From the IMG/VR virus record IMGVR_UViG_3300047284_000202, positions 1-64,000 of that record: a stretch of DNA of 64,000 nt; one strand, written 5' to 3'. This stretch comes from a virus. Of this stretch, positions 26,626 through 35,783 are shown piece by piece (positions within the stretch are counted from its first letter, which is position 1; each line of letters starts with the position of its first letter). The position numbers and the translations under genes were made by a program. The notes below the pieces were generated by a model. It ran no database searches. It was not told the origin of the DNA and worked only from the letters and a program-made list of their open reading frames with translations.

Positions 26626-26724
26626 ATGAACACTGCATTTATCCAAGAGCATATTAAGTTTAACGATTACCGTTGGTATATCGTGGGAACCCCCTTTTGC
26701 GATAAATCAGTAAAACTTATGTAA
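26626..26724 (+). CDS. 32-aa late peptide
   Basis: TATAAATA at 26596-26603, AAGG RBS, downstream terminator-like hairpin. Confidence 0.45.
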   Translation: MNTAFIQEHIKFNDYRWYIVGTPFCDKSVKLM

Positions 26725-26839
26725 GACCACTGATACATCAGCAAAACTTAAGGGGGGCAGGTTGCAAAACCACCCCCCTTTTGCTATGGTAGATTCATCG
26801 GTGGGAGACCCACCAGCACCTCGAAAATTTAAACCTCAT

Positions 26840-26911
26840 GGGTCTGTAACTCAACGGTAGAGTAACGGGCTTTTAACCTGGAAGTTGTGGGTTCGAGTCC
26901 CACCAGACCCA
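26840..26911 (+). tRNA. tRNA-Lys(TTT)
   Basis: Cloverleaf; loop ctTTTaa. Confidence 0.9.
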
Positions 26912-26914
26912 TAT

Positions 26915-27005
26915 GAGAGAGTGGCTACTGTTGGCAATACGTGTGGCTGCGGTCTGTAAAACCGTTACATAAGAACCATCGGGGGTTCAATTCCCTCCTC
27001 TCTCA
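26915..27005 (+). tRNA. tRNA-Tyr(GTA) with an enlarged D arm
   Basis: GCGGT-ctGTAaa-ACCGT; acceptor GAGAGAG/CTCTCTC. Confidence 0.85.
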
Positions 27006-27009
27006 CCTT

Positions 27010-27081
27010 GGCCCTATAGTGAAGTGGCTATCACGCATCTCTGTCCAAGATGTATCACGAGTTCGAATCTCGTTAGGGTCG
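27010..27081 (+). tRNA. tRNA-Asp(GTC)
   Basis: CATCT-ctGTCca-AGATG. Confidence 0.92.
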
Positions 27082-27259
27082 TTGAGAGTCAGTATTCTAA
27101 CTCTCACGCATTTCTTAGAGTTTGCCAGTGTGTAGAGAAATGTTGTAGCAAGAACTGGAATTGGGGAGGGATTTCTAACCACCATCGGATGATGGCAGGA
27201 TTCATAAGGCTACGAAGCGTAATCCGTAAGTAACTTCGTGTGGGATACCCCTCCCATCT

Positions 27260-27331
27260 GGTCCTATCGTCTAGTGGTGAGGACATCACTCTTTCACAGT
27301 GAAGACACGGGTTCAAATCCCGTTAGGACTA
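27260..27331 (+). tRNA. tRNA-Glu(TTC)
   Basis: TCACT-ctTTCac-AGTGA. Confidence 0.93.
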
Positions 27332-27334
27332 TAT

Positions 27335-27410
27335 CGGGGAGTAGCTCAGTTGGTAGAGCACATGTCTGAAGAACATGGTGTCGGTGGTTCAATTCCACCC
27401 TCTTCGACCA
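27335..27410 (+). tRNA. tRNA-Phe(GAA)
   Basis: CATGT-ctGAAga-ACATG; encoded CCA. Confidence 0.93.
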
Positions 27411-27483
27411 GGAAACATAGCTTAGTTGGTAAAGCATTCGACTGATAATCGAAAGAGCACTGGTTCGAGTCCAGTTGTTTCCA
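27411..27483 (+). tRNA. tRNA-Ile(GAT)
   Basis: TTCGA-ctGATaa-TCGAA. Confidence 0.93.
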
Positions 27484-27485
27484 TT

Positions 27486-27568
27486 GGAAGATTGGCAGAG
27501 TGGTTAATGCAGAGGTTTGCTAAACCTTGAGGGTCACACCTCCGTTGGTTCGAATCCAACATCTTCCG
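27486..27568 (+). tRNA. tRNA-Ser(GCT)
   Basis: Loop ttGCTaa; long variable arm. Confidence 0.92.
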
Positions 27569-27571
27569 TTT

Positions 27572-27645
27572 GGCAGTATAGCTCAGTCTGGTAGAGCACG
27601 GGTCTCATATTCCTATGGACGGTGGTTCAAATCCATCTACTGTCA
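27572..27645 (+). tRNA. tRNA-Met/Ile2(CAT)
   Basis: Loop ctCATat; weak anticodon stem. Confidence 0.8.
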
Positions 27646-27646
27646 T

Positions 27647-27720
27647 GTGACGTTAGCCTAGTGGTAAGGCAGTGGTTTGTGGAACCACCTAGATGGGTTC
27701 AATTCCCATACGTCACCCCA
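27647..27720 (+). tRNA. tRNA-His(GTG)
   Basis: GTGGT-ttGTGga-ACCAC; C73 and CCA. Confidence 0.92.
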
Positions 27721-27721
27721 T

Positions 27722-27795
27722 TGAGAAATCGTCTAACGGTAGGACACCTCCCTTTGAAGGAGTTTATCTAGGTTCGAGTCCTAGTTTCTCAGCCA
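27722..27795 (+). tRNA. tRNA-Gln(TTG)
   Basis: Loop ctTTGaa; U1-A72; GCCA end. Confidence 0.92.
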
Positions 27796-27870
27796 GTTGG
27801 GTTGGTCTAATGGTAAGATGCAGGTCTCCAAAACCTTGCGATGGGGGTTCAAATCCCTCACCCTTCGCCA
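27796..27870 (+). tRNA. tRNA-Trp(CCA)
   Basis: Loop ctCCAaa; GCCA end; two U-U mismatches in the acceptor stem. Confidence 0.85.
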
Positions 27871-27871
27871 T

Positions 27872-27946
27872 CCTCTCTTAGCTCAGTGGATATAGAGCAC
27901 TTGACTACGGATCAAGGTGTCCTAGGTTCGAATCCTAGAGAGAGGG
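27872..27946 (+). tRNA. tRNA-Arg(ACG)
   Basis: CTTGA-ctACGga-TCAAG. Confidence 0.92.
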
Positions 27947-27947
27947 C

Positions 27948-27976
27948 TTGACAGACTGCTTCTGGTCTGTTACTAT
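27948..27976 (+). promoter_or_regulatory. Sigma70-type promoter
   Basis: TTGACA-17-TACTAT. Confidence 0.7.
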
Positions 27977-28001
27977 ATACTATGTGATCAGGGACAAATT
28001 T

Positions 28002-28157
28002 ATGTCACTATTATCAAAACAAGATCGAGACCTAACGGTTGAAGCAATTGAGTTCTATCTTTTTAATAAAAAGTTTGATCTCTCTGAGGAGAAAATCATG
28101 CAACTCAATGCCCTTAGGAACTGGATCCAATTAGAAAATTTTAAGCATGAAAATTAA
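28002..28157 (+). CDS. Hypothetical protein
   Basis: MSLLSKQDRDL...; follows the promoter. Confidence 0.6.
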   Translation: MSLLSKQDRDLTVEAIEFYLFNKKFDLSEEKIMQLNALRNWIQLENFKHEN

Positions 28158-28320
28158 TCTCTGGTATTGTGAAACGATGAAACAATGGAGGTGGACTCTA
28201 ATTGATGATCATCGTCCAATTGTTAAAATGGAATCTGGTCAACAACCAGATCTTCGAGTAGCAATGAATGACATTGCTACTACTGTTGAATATATGTTAG
28301 AAAATAGTGGGGAAGTGTAA
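28147..28320 (+). CDS. 57-aa hypothetical protein
   Basis: MKINLWYCETMKQWRWTL...; 3' end overlaps the tRNA(CAT). Confidence 0.65.
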   Translation: MKINLWYCETMKQWRWTLIDDHRPIVKMESGQQPDLRVAMNDIATTVEYMLENSGEV

Positions 28321-28380
28321 CGGTTGCACAGAAGTCTCATAAGCTTCAGGTAGATGGTTCAATTCCATCCCCCGCCACCA
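28306..28380 (+). tRNA. tRNA-Met(CAT)
   Basis: GAAGT-ctCATaa-GCTTC; ACCA end; 1:72 mismatch. Confidence 0.85.
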
Positions 28381-28386
28381 AATCAT

Positions 28387-28458
28387 TCCCCTATAGCTCA
28401 ACGGCAGAGCAGAGAGCTGTTAACTCTAAGGTTCCTCGTTCGAATCGAGGTGGGGGAG
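28387..28458 (+). tRNA. tRNA-Asn(GTT)
   Basis: Loop ctGTTaa; TCCCCTA/TGGGGGA acceptor. Confidence 0.92.
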
Positions 28459-28493
28459 TCCGTGTGAAGGAAGTGTTAAAGGAGAAGTAAACT

Positions 28494-28841
28494 ATGAATT
28501 CAAATAATTTTGAGCAACTTGATTTTAAAAACTTAGAATCAAAATCTAGGTTTGCTTCTCTTTTTCCAAAAGATATTAAATTCTTAATTAAAGCAGTTGA
28601 GAATTTTTCAGTAGGGTCTGATACAGACCCTATTTCTGGATTCAGTGATTCTGTTATGATGAAAGAAAGAGTTCTTCTTAAACTTGAAGCATATCTAGAA
28701 CTCTTCGGAGGCAAAGATCCAGAAATGATTGATCCAGAATTTATTAAACATCATATGCCCGATGAATTCAAACAAAAATATTTTGAACAAATTCAAAATC
28801 TTCATCAAAAGCACACTAAGAAATTTCCTGCGAGATACTGA
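28494..28841 (+). CDS. Hypothetical protein
   Basis: AAGGAG RBS; 115 aa. Confidence 0.7.
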   Translation: MNSNNFEQLDFKNLESKSRFASLFPKDIKFLIKAVENFSVGSDTDPISGFSDSVMMKERVLLKLEAYLELFGGKDPEMIDPEFIKHHMPDEFKQKYFEQIQNLHQKHTKKFPARY

Positions 28842-28998
28842 TAGTATAAATTCCAGTTCAAGCAGACAGTGCTCAAAGTGTCATGAGGTGAAACCCCTTG
28901 ACAGGGACCACTACCAGGTGGTAAAGTACTTTCGTACAGGATTCTCCTACTACTGCAATGAGTGTAGCAAACCTAAACCCCGTGAAAGTTCTTCTTGA
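28729..28998 (+). CDS. Small Zn-ribbon protein (start uncertain)
   Basis: CSKC...CNEC. Confidence 0.45.
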   Translation: MIQNLLNIICPMNSNKNILNKFKIFIKSTLRNFLRDTDSINSSSSRQCSKCHEVKPLDRDHYQVVKYFRTGFSYYCNECSKPKPRESSS

Positions 28999-29221
28999 AA
29001 GAGAAGGTTATCGATTTGTAGAAAAAGGTATTCTAGAAATTAATGGTAAACCAGACTTTCGTTTGCAGAAACAAAACTACTATACCAAACGGTGGTATGA
29101 CATTTATCTTTTTGATAATGGTATGCAATGCTCTCTAGCAATGGAGGATATTGAATATGCAAAATGGTTAGATCCTGATCGAGTTCCATGTTACATTAAG
29201 GGAGATGACGACGATGAATGA
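28958..29221 (+). CDS. Conserved hypothetical protein
   Basis: 87 aa; acidic tail. Confidence 0.65.
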   Translation: MSVANLNPVKVLLEREGYRFVEKGILEINGKPDFRLQKQNYYTKRWYDIYLFDNGMQCSLAMEDIEYAKWLDPDRVPCYIKGDDDDE

Positions 29222-29417
29222 TCGTGCTTTGTATCAACTTGAACGTGCTATTGATGCACTTTCACAAATGGCAAAATATCTAAGGGAAGAACAGACACCT
29301 GTTTCATTTACTGATCTGAGTTCTGGATATAATCATTCTTCTTACTGGTATGATTTTGATCGAAATCAACCAATCAATTTTGCTTCTTCTAGTTCTCCTG
29401 ATGTTATTGTTTTCTAA
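29205..29417 (+). CDS. Hypothetical protein
   Basis: 70-aa ORF in a tight operon. Confidence 0.55.
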   Translation: MTTMNDRALYQLERAIDALSQMAKYLREEQTPVSFTDLSSGYNHSSYWYDFDRNQPINFASSSSPDVIVF

Positions 29418-29419
29418 TT

Positions 29420-29665
29420 ATGCTCCGTATCAAAGTCGAACTTGAACCTTTCGGTATGACGATTGGTGGTAAACAACTTGCAGAGATTCGTATCTGGAAT
29501 TCCACTGGAAAGGGTCTCACTGCAAAACATAATTATGAATATGAAGTATACGAACCAACTCCTCTGAATGGAGAACCTATCATGAAACGTGGTAGTGTGA
29601 AAGGTTACGATAGACAGCAACCAGTTCTCAATCTGGTCAAAGAGGTCTTGACAGATTTGGACTGA
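29420..29665 (+). CDS. Hypothetical protein
   Basis: MLRIKVELEPFG...; 81 aa. Confidence 0.65.
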   Translation: MLRIKVELEPFGMTIGGKQLAEIRIWNSTGKGLTAKHNYEYEVYEPTPLNGEPIMKRGSVKGYDRQQPVLNLVKEVLTDLD

Positions 29666-29699
29666 TCTCTATATAATACAGTCTGTTAAAAAACTTAAC

Positions 29700-29918
29700 A
29701 TGACCACAACGACTAATGAATTTGGCCAACAAAACATGTTTGCCAAAGAACCAACAATGTACATTTCTGAAGAGGTAATTGAAGCTATGGATAACGGTGT
29801 ATACGAAACTCACAACGAAAAAGCAGAACGTCTGAATGGTCGTCTTGCCATGATTGGATTTGTTGCTGCTGTCGGTGCATATCTAATGACTGGTCAGATT
29901 ATTCCTGGGATTCTCTGA
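29700..29918 (+). CDS. hli: High-light-inducible protein (HLIP)
   Basis: AERLNGRLAMIGFVAAVGAYLMTGQIIPGI; TTGACA-18-TATAAT at 29648-29677. Confidence 0.95.
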   Translation: MTTTTNEFGQQNMFAKEPTMYISEEVIEAMDNGVYETHNEKAERLNGRLAMIGFVAAVGAYLMTGQIIPGIL

Positions 29919-29931
29919 CATTCGATTGACA

Positions 29932-30018
29932 ATGACAGAACTCTTATTTACAATGACTAGTGTTGCCTTCTTTGTATTGTTGGCAGCATCCGTAGAAAAA
30001 CTTTGTGAAACTTACTAA
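29932..30018 (+). CDS. 28-aa membrane peptide
   Basis: [28 protein letters not shown]; TAATG overlap with petF. Confidence 0.55.
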   Translation: MTELLFTMTSVAFFVLLAASVEKLCETY

Positions 30019-30308
30019 TGACCTATCAAATTACTCTTCGTTCCCCTGATGGAACCGAACAAACTATTCAGTGTGCTGAGGATCAATACATTCTCGAAGC
30101 AGCAGAAGAAGCAGGAGTAGATCTTCCTTCGTCATGTAAAGCTGGTGCCTGCTCTGCTTGTGCTGGCAAACTGATTGAAGGTGAAGTTGATAACGAGGAG
30201 CAATCGTTCCTTGATGATGATCAAATGGCAGATGGATGGGTGCTTACCTGTGTAGCATATCCTAAATCTGATTGTGTAATTCTAACCGAACAGGAAGAGA
30301 ATCTGTGA
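30018..30308 (+). CDS. petF: Plant-type [2Fe-2S] ferredoxin
   Basis: [16 protein letters not shown]...LTCVAYP. Confidence 0.97.
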   Translation: MTYQITLRSPDGTEQTIQCAEDQYILEAAEEAGVDLPSSCKAGACSACAGKLIEGEVDNEEQSFLDDDQMADGWVLTCVAYPKSDCVILTEQEENL

Positions 30309-30492
30309 TTACAACTGGAGATATGTTAGGGCAATTTAGTCTTGCCCTTCAACAACTTATAGAAGAAGGTATCTGGGATAAAGACGACGAACTAGAAGTC
30401 AAAGTCGCAGGTACGTTAAAGAAAGATAAATTCATTGTCATTCAGAATAAAACCAAGAGGGGGTGACCCCTCTTTTTTCTTGTCCAGCCCCC

Positions 30493-30526
30493 TTGACAGG
30501 GTTTCCTGACCGTGCTATTATAAATA
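30493..30526 (+). promoter_or_regulatory. Overlapping early and late promoters for psbA
   Basis: TTGACA-17-TATTAT overlapping TATAAATA (30519-30526), after a terminator hairpin. Confidence 0.8.
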
Positions 30527-30588
30527 AATGTTAAGGGATGGAAACATTCTTTAATAATTTATTCCCCCAATTACTCGGAGTATTATCT

Positions 30589-31668
30589 ATGGTTGCTACT
30601 ATTGCTCAACGTAGGCAAGAAAGCACATGGGAACAGTTCTGTGAGTGGGTAACATCAACCGATAACCGTCTTTATGTCGGTTGGTTCGGAGTCCTGATGA
30701 TTCCTTGCCTGCTTGCTGCTACTATCTGTTTCATTGTTGCTTTTATTGCTGCACCTCCCGTCGATATTGACGGTATCCGTGAACCTGTTGCTGGTTCACT
30801 CATGTACGGAAACAACATTATCTCTGGTGCTGTTGTTCCCTCGTCTAATGCTATTGGACTGCACTTTTATCCCATTTGGGAAGCACTTAGCCTCGATGAG
30901 TGGCTATATAATGGTGGACCATTCCAACTGGTCGTCTTCCATTTTCTAATTGGTATCTATGCCTACATGGGTCGTGAATGGGAACTATCTTACCGACTGG
31001 GTATGCGTCCTTGGATTTGTGTTGCCTACTCTGCACCCGTTGCTGCTGCTAGCGCAGTGTTTCTGGTCTATCCCTTCGGTCAAGGATCCTTCTCTGATGC
31101 AATGCCTCTGGGGATTTCGGGAACTTTCAACTACATGCTTGTTTTCCAGGCAGAACACAACATTCTCATGCATCCTTTCCACATGCTGGGAGTTGCTGGG
31201 GTCTTCGGTGGTTCTCTTTTCTCTGCTATGCACGGATCTCTTGTCACCTCTAGTCTTGTACGTGAGACTACAGAAACTGAATCCCAAAACTACGGATACA
31301 AGTTTGGACAAGAAGAAGAGACCTACAACATTGTCGCAGCTCATGGATACTTTGGACGACTCATTTTCCAGTATGCAAGCTTCAACAACAGTCGCAGTCT
31401 TCACTTTTTCCTTGCTGCTTGGCCTGTTGTTGGTATTTGGTTTACTGCTCTTGGTGTTAGCACTATGGCATTCAACTTGAATGGTTTCAACTTTAACCAG
31501 TCGATCGTTGATAGTCAGAACCGTGTGATTCCTACTTGGGCAGACATCCTGAACCGTGGTGGTCTGGGTATGGAAGTGATGCATGAACGTAATGCTCACA
31601 ACTTCCCTCTTGACCTTGCTGCTGCTGATATGACTCCTGTAGCACTCACAGCACCTGCAATCGGTTGA
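30589..31668 (+). CDS. psbA: Photosystem II D1 protein
   Basis: [14 protein letters not shown]...[13 protein letters not shown]; GGAG RBS; no intron. Confidence 0.99.
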   Translation: MVATIAQRRQESTWEQFCEWVTSTDNRLYVGWFGVLMIPCLLAATICFIVAFIAAPPVDIDGIREPVAGSLMYGNNIISGAVVPSSNAIGLHFYPIWEALSLDEWLYNGGPFQLVVFHFLIGIYAYMGREWELSYRLGMRPWICVAYSAPVAAASAVFLVYPFGQGSFSDAMPLGISGTFNYMLVFQAEHNILMHPFHMLGVAGVFGGSLFSAMHGSLVTSSLVRETTETESQNYGYKFGQEEETYNIVAAHGYFGRLIFQYASFNNSRSLHFFLAAWPVVGIWFTALGVSTMAFNLNGFNFNQSIVDSQNRVIPTWADILNRGGLGMEVMHERNAHNFPLDLAAADMTPVALTAPAIG

Positions 31669-31710
31669 TACTCGGATTCCTAATAAACGACGTTTATTGA
31701 GAAAACAACT

Positions 31711-31738
31711 AAACCACTCCTTCGGGGGTGGTTTTTTT
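31711..31738 (+). terminator. Intrinsic terminator after psbA
   Basis: AACCACTCC-ttcg-GGGGTGGTT plus T run. Confidence 0.9.
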
Positions 31739-31771
31739 GTAACAATAAATAAATGTAAGTTGCAAATACTT

Positions 31772-32146
31772 ATGGGTCCCCAACACTCGTTTAAGTCCTA
31801 CTTGTACAATCTGGAAACAACAAGTAAAGCAGAAGCAAAACGAATGTGGAAAAGAAGTATAAAAGAACAATGGGAACATAAGTGTGCCTACTGTGAGTCA
31901 GAAGAAAATATCACACTAGATCATATTCTTCCTCAGTGTAAGGGTGGACTTGATGTTAAGACTAACGTAGTTGCTTGCTGTCATTCTTGCAATCAGGATA
32001 AGGGACATACACCTTGGGAAGAGTGGTACTTCAATCAACATTTCTTTTCTCATGAAAATTATGAGAAGATTAATAACTGGATGAAACCAGATAGACCTAC
32101 TAATCTTTATGCATATCCACCCAGAAAGAATTACATTCCAAAGTAA
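31772..32146 (+). CDS. HNH endonuclease
   Basis: CAYC...TLDHILPQCKGG...NVVACCHSCNQDKG. Confidence 0.9.
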   Translation: MGPQHSFKSYLYNLETTSKAEAKRMWKRSIKEQWEHKCAYCESEENITLDHILPQCKGGLDVKTNVVACCHSCNQDKGHTPWEEWYFNQHFFSHENYEKINNWMKPDRPTNLYAYPPRKNYIPK

Positions 32147-32180
32147 CTAAATATTGTACACAGAATTTGGTGATTATGAA

Positions 32181-32525
32181 ATGAGAAATGGAATTAAAGT
32201 GGGTCGTCATGCTATCTTTGAATTATATGGTTGTGAATCATCACTCTTGGATGATGAACAATATATCGTAGATAGTCTTACTAGAGTTGCAGAAGAATTA
32301 GGTGCAACAGTATTGTCCACTTCAAGCCATAAATTTTCACCACAAGGAGTAACAGCAATACTGCTGTTATCGGAAAGTCATATAAGTATTCATACATGGC
32401 CAGAGAAACAATTTGCCACATGTGATATCTTTACTTGTGGAACATGTGTCCCCGAGGATGGAATTGAAATTTTTAAATCAAAGTTCAAAGCAACAGAAAC
32501 AAACTCTATAGTTTTCGATAGATAA
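32181..32525 (+). CDS. speD: S-adenosylmethionine decarboxylase proenzyme
   Basis: HKFSPQGVTAILLLSESHISIHTWPE...CDIFTCG. Confidence 0.95.
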   Translation: MRNGIKVGRHAIFELYGCESSLLDDEQYIVDSLTRVAEELGATVLSTSSHKFSPQGVTAILLLSESHISIHTWPEKQFATCDIFTCGTCVPEDGIEIFKSKFKATETNSIVFDR

Positions 32526-35482
32526 TGGCAGATACAAACAAAGGACAAACTAATAATCCAGATCAGCATTGTTATACCAATGAGGAACCAACACAAGATG
32601 CTGGTGAATACTATAGAAGTTTTGTGCGTGATCCAAGGACTGTTTTTAGTCCTGCTCCACAAATGCCTGACCCTGTGCGTGGGTTGTCAGATAACTTGGA
32701 TCAACTTTGTTATCCATCTGAAGCACCAATGTCTATTGCTTCTTATGTACCAGAAGAGGAAGGACTTAAATTACCTTCTTTTACTTTCGAAGGTCCAATA
32801 GATATCTGTAAATGGATTCCTGACCTTTGTGATAAACTACCAAAAACATTTTCCATTGACTTTGATGGTGTCAAACCATGCATAGTTCTTGAGGGTGATG
32901 AATGTTATGATCCAACTGAGTGGGATTTTGAACCAAACTCTTGTATTCAAGATGCAATTGAATGTATCTTCAAACCATTTTCTCAGGCTGGTGGATGGTT
33001 GCCAACTGCTTCTGACTGTGACACATTTTATCCACCAGGTTTTAATAGAAACCCAGACAATAAGACTTGTATTTTGAATTGTGTTCCAGAAAGAATTCCA
33101 GTCTATGAATGGAAGTGGAATGGTAGTGATAAAACAGATTACTACTACACAACAAATGAAAATGAAACTCCTTCTGGATATGTGAGAGTTAGACCTGCAT
33201 CATCTGGTGGTTCTGTTGCTAAGATTTCCATCTCCACTGCACAATCTGCTGGTGTATATCAGCAAGGTAATTGGAAAGAGATGAAAATTGACAAGTCATA
33301 TGTCAACGAGGCAGGTAATTTGTGGTGGCCAAGTCTTCCTAATAAAAAATTTGAAGGTAAGTTTAGACTTGGAAATAAAGGTGCAGTGGTCGAGATGATC
33401 ATTGCTGGAAAACGTGATGGTGGTGAATGGGATACCAGATATGTTCTGAAAGGATTTGAGAATAGAGGTGACGGATATACAGTTGGGGAAACATATGAAC
33501 TCAGATCTTTAGATAGTAGTAATACTCTTCTTGGGTATGTTCAAATCTCAGAAATCAAATCCCAAGAACCTAGTTTTTACATTCTCAAAAATGCACAGAT
33601 GAATTCATCTGGAAATGTCGTTCCCCTATATCATCTGTTCTCTTCCAGCAGACAGGATAGTTTGTTAACGACAGATTTATCTGCAGAATCTAATAGAATT
33701 AGTAATGGATCATATGTAGTTAAGGGTATTTTGGGTTATGTTTTCAAGAACAAAGATAATGTAGATGATTATCTTTGTGAAGGTGAGACTATTACTAGTC
33801 TCTATCGTTATTATCAAAGTTCTGCTGCAGGTGGTGGGCAGACTCATGTTGACCATAGGTACAGTACTATTCCCCTTGCTGTTAATGAACAACTAAAACC
33901 AGGTGAGAAAAAGTTATACTATAAAATTCCATTTCAACCTTTGAGTCCTATTATAATTCGTTATAAGGCACAAAGAGGAAGTGCAGGAAAGAAAAGTTCC
34001 TGGGGATATTATTTTGCAAATGAATCTGGAATCCCTCAAGTTGGTTATGTCCTCAGAAAGAACATGACAGACTCTGTTGCATCAGCTAATGTTGAACTAT
34101 CCGTAAATACGTTGTCAACGTATGCTGGTGGATATATTGGATTCTTTTTAATTCCTGGTGGAAATGCAGATACAAATATTTCTGATGGATCTCAGGTAAC
34201 TTTTACTGAGGTCTCAATTAATGGTCAACGAGGATATCGAGCTTATGTGAATGGCAACTTAGTATATGCTAGAGCAGGTGTTTCTGGAAATTCTAATGGA
34301 GGGGAAAATTATATTTTCTTCAGTGATAATCAATTAAATCCATATCAAAAAACCTGGACTCGTTGGAGTGGTAAGATTCAGGGATGGGAGGATTGGTATG
34401 GTGGAGATGATGATTATGATGATATTAAAGTTGACTACAATGTAAAGTGGAAAACTGGTACAAATTACAAGGCAGAAGGAATTCAATGCTATCTGTTTAA
34501 AGATGATGTACTACCAAAAGTTTACATGACATCTCAAGTTAGAGTTGGTTGTGAGGCTGATAGACTATTCAAAACTTCATTTAAAGATCCAATTATAAAA
34601 AGATTAGGATGTGGATCTACGGTTGATGGCACATATCAATCTGGAACTTGCACAGGAAATTATGTTGTAACCACAAACTGTGATCAAACAATCACATGTA
34701 GAATGGATGGTGATATTACATTAATGTCTTGGGGTTGTGATGTTCTCAGTGATTTCAAAGAAACATCTTGGAGAATGAGGTTCACTAAAAATGGTGAATA
34801 TATTTTAGATGAAGTTTATTCCGCAGCAACCTTCCCCAAAAAGGGAAGAGTTTTGCATCCAACATTTGATGTGAAGGCTGGTGATAGTTTGAGGTTTGAA
34901 TTGTTAGAGATTCAATCTGGATCTCCCAATGGAATCGTATTCCCTAAAATTAGTTTGTATGATGAATTGAATGAGATTCATGAATCAGTTATCAACATAA
35001 CTATTAATACAAAATCACATGATACAACATCATACACAACATCAGTTGCTAATGATGGAACTGGCATTAAACAGATTAGAATTGAGAGCAGTGATGGAAC
35101 ACAATCTGTAATTGGATATGATAATAATGCTACTCAAGCATCACTGATTGTAAATGATGGTGATAACTTATGGAGAAAAATTAAAGCATCTGATAGAAAC
35201 GATACTTTATATCAAAGAGTTTCTTATTCTTTCCAGAAGAGTAATCAGGGAACCAATGGTCCTCTCGATGCAATTATTCAAGTTAGAGTTGAACCTGTTA
35301 TGGGATCTAATAATAGATACCAAACAAAAGTCACTATCGAACAGGTAGTATTCAAAGGAAGAGGATTTGCAGTTGGAGATAAAATTGTGTTAGACTGGCC
35401 CAATGCCATGTATGTTGGTACGACAAGGATTCCTCAGAATAAAAAATTTCAATTTAAATTGACAGTAACAGGTGTTAACTAA
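32525..35482 (+). CDS. Large putative virion structural protein (DUF4114-like domain)
   Basis: Cys-rich N-terminus; PLY/SLYRYY..DH repeats; GWEDWYGGDDDYDD motif. Confidence 0.7.
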   Translation: MADTNKGQTNNPDQHCYTNEEPTQDAGEYYRSFVRDPRTVFSPAPQMPDPVRGLSDNLDQLCYPSEAPMSIASYVPEEEGLKLPSFTFEGPIDICKWIPDLCDKLPKTFSIDFDGVKPCIVLEGDECYDPTEWDFEPNSCIQDAIECIFKPFSQAGGWLPTASDCDTFYPPGFNRNPDNKTCILNCVPERIPVYEWKWNGSDKTDYYYTTNENETPSGYVRVRPASSGGSVAKISISTAQSAGVYQQGNWKEMKIDKSYVNEAGNLWWPSLPNKKFEGKFRLGNKGAVVEMIIAGKRDGGEWDTRYVLKGFENRGDGYTVGETYELRSLDSSNTLLGYVQISEIKSQEPSFYILKNAQMNSSGNVVPLYHLFSSSRQDSLLTTDLSAESNRISNGSYVVKGILGYVFKNKDNVDDYLCEGETITSLYRYYQSSAAGGGQTHVDHRYSTIPLAVNEQLKPGEKKLYYKIPFQPLSPIIIRYKAQRGSAGKKSSWGYYFANESGIPQVGYVLRKNMTDSVASANVELSVNTLSTYAGGYIGFFLIPGGNADTNISDGSQVTFTEVSINGQRGYRAYVNGNLVYARAGVSGNSNGGENYIFFSDNQLNPYQKTWTRWSGKIQGWEDWYGGDDDYDDIKVDYNVKWKTGTNYKAEGIQCYLFKDDVLPKVYMTSQVRVGCEADRLFKTSFKDPIIKRLGCGSTVDGTYQSGTCTGNYVVTTNCDQTITCRMDGDITLMSWGCDVLSDFKETSWRMRFTKNGEYILDEVYSAATFPKKGRVLHPTFDVKAGDSLRFELLEIQSGSPNGIVFPKISLYDELNEIHESVINITINTKSHDTTSYTTSVANDGTGIKQIRIESSDGTQSVIGYDNNATQASLIVNDGDNLWRKIKASDRNDTLYQRVSYSFQKSNQGTNGPLDAIIQVRVEPVMGSNNRYQTKVTIEQVVFKGRGFAVGDKIVLDWPNAMYVGTTRIPQNKKFQFKLTVTGVN

Positions 35483-35769
35483 TGAATGATTTTAATTTAG
35501 AACCAGAAATTGAATCTGCTGCCAAACGCAACAGTAACTGGGATAGGAAACTTGCAAGTTCGATTATGGAACTTCAGGATCTCCAATCCGTAATGAAAAA
35601 ATATGAAAGTGATCCAGCAGAGATGCGAAAGCAAATCAAAAAGGTAAGAAAGTATCACAAGTCTCCCCTTGCCGCAATTAAAGTTTTGGATATCCCCAAA
35701 GAGAGCTTGACAAATCCTGTGGACCTTGCTATGCTAGATAATGTGGATGAAAATCCATTACAACCTTAA
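35482..35769 (+). CDS. Hypothetical protein
   Basis: 95-aa ORF coupled at both ends. Confidence 0.65.
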   Translation: MNDFNLEPEIESAAKRNSNWDRKLASSIMELQDLQSVMKKYESDPAEMRKQIKKVRKYHKSPLAAIKVLDIPKESLTNPVDLAMLDNVDENPLQP

Positions 35770-35783
35770 TGATACTAATGTTT

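Noticed and set aside
26941-27881. ORF-track ORFs across the tRNA cluster
   Set aside because: They overlap well-formed tRNA cloverleafs
30985-31599. 204-aa antisense ORF and alternate-frame ORFs over psbA
   Set aside because: Expected shadow of biased codon use; no RBS or recognisable motif
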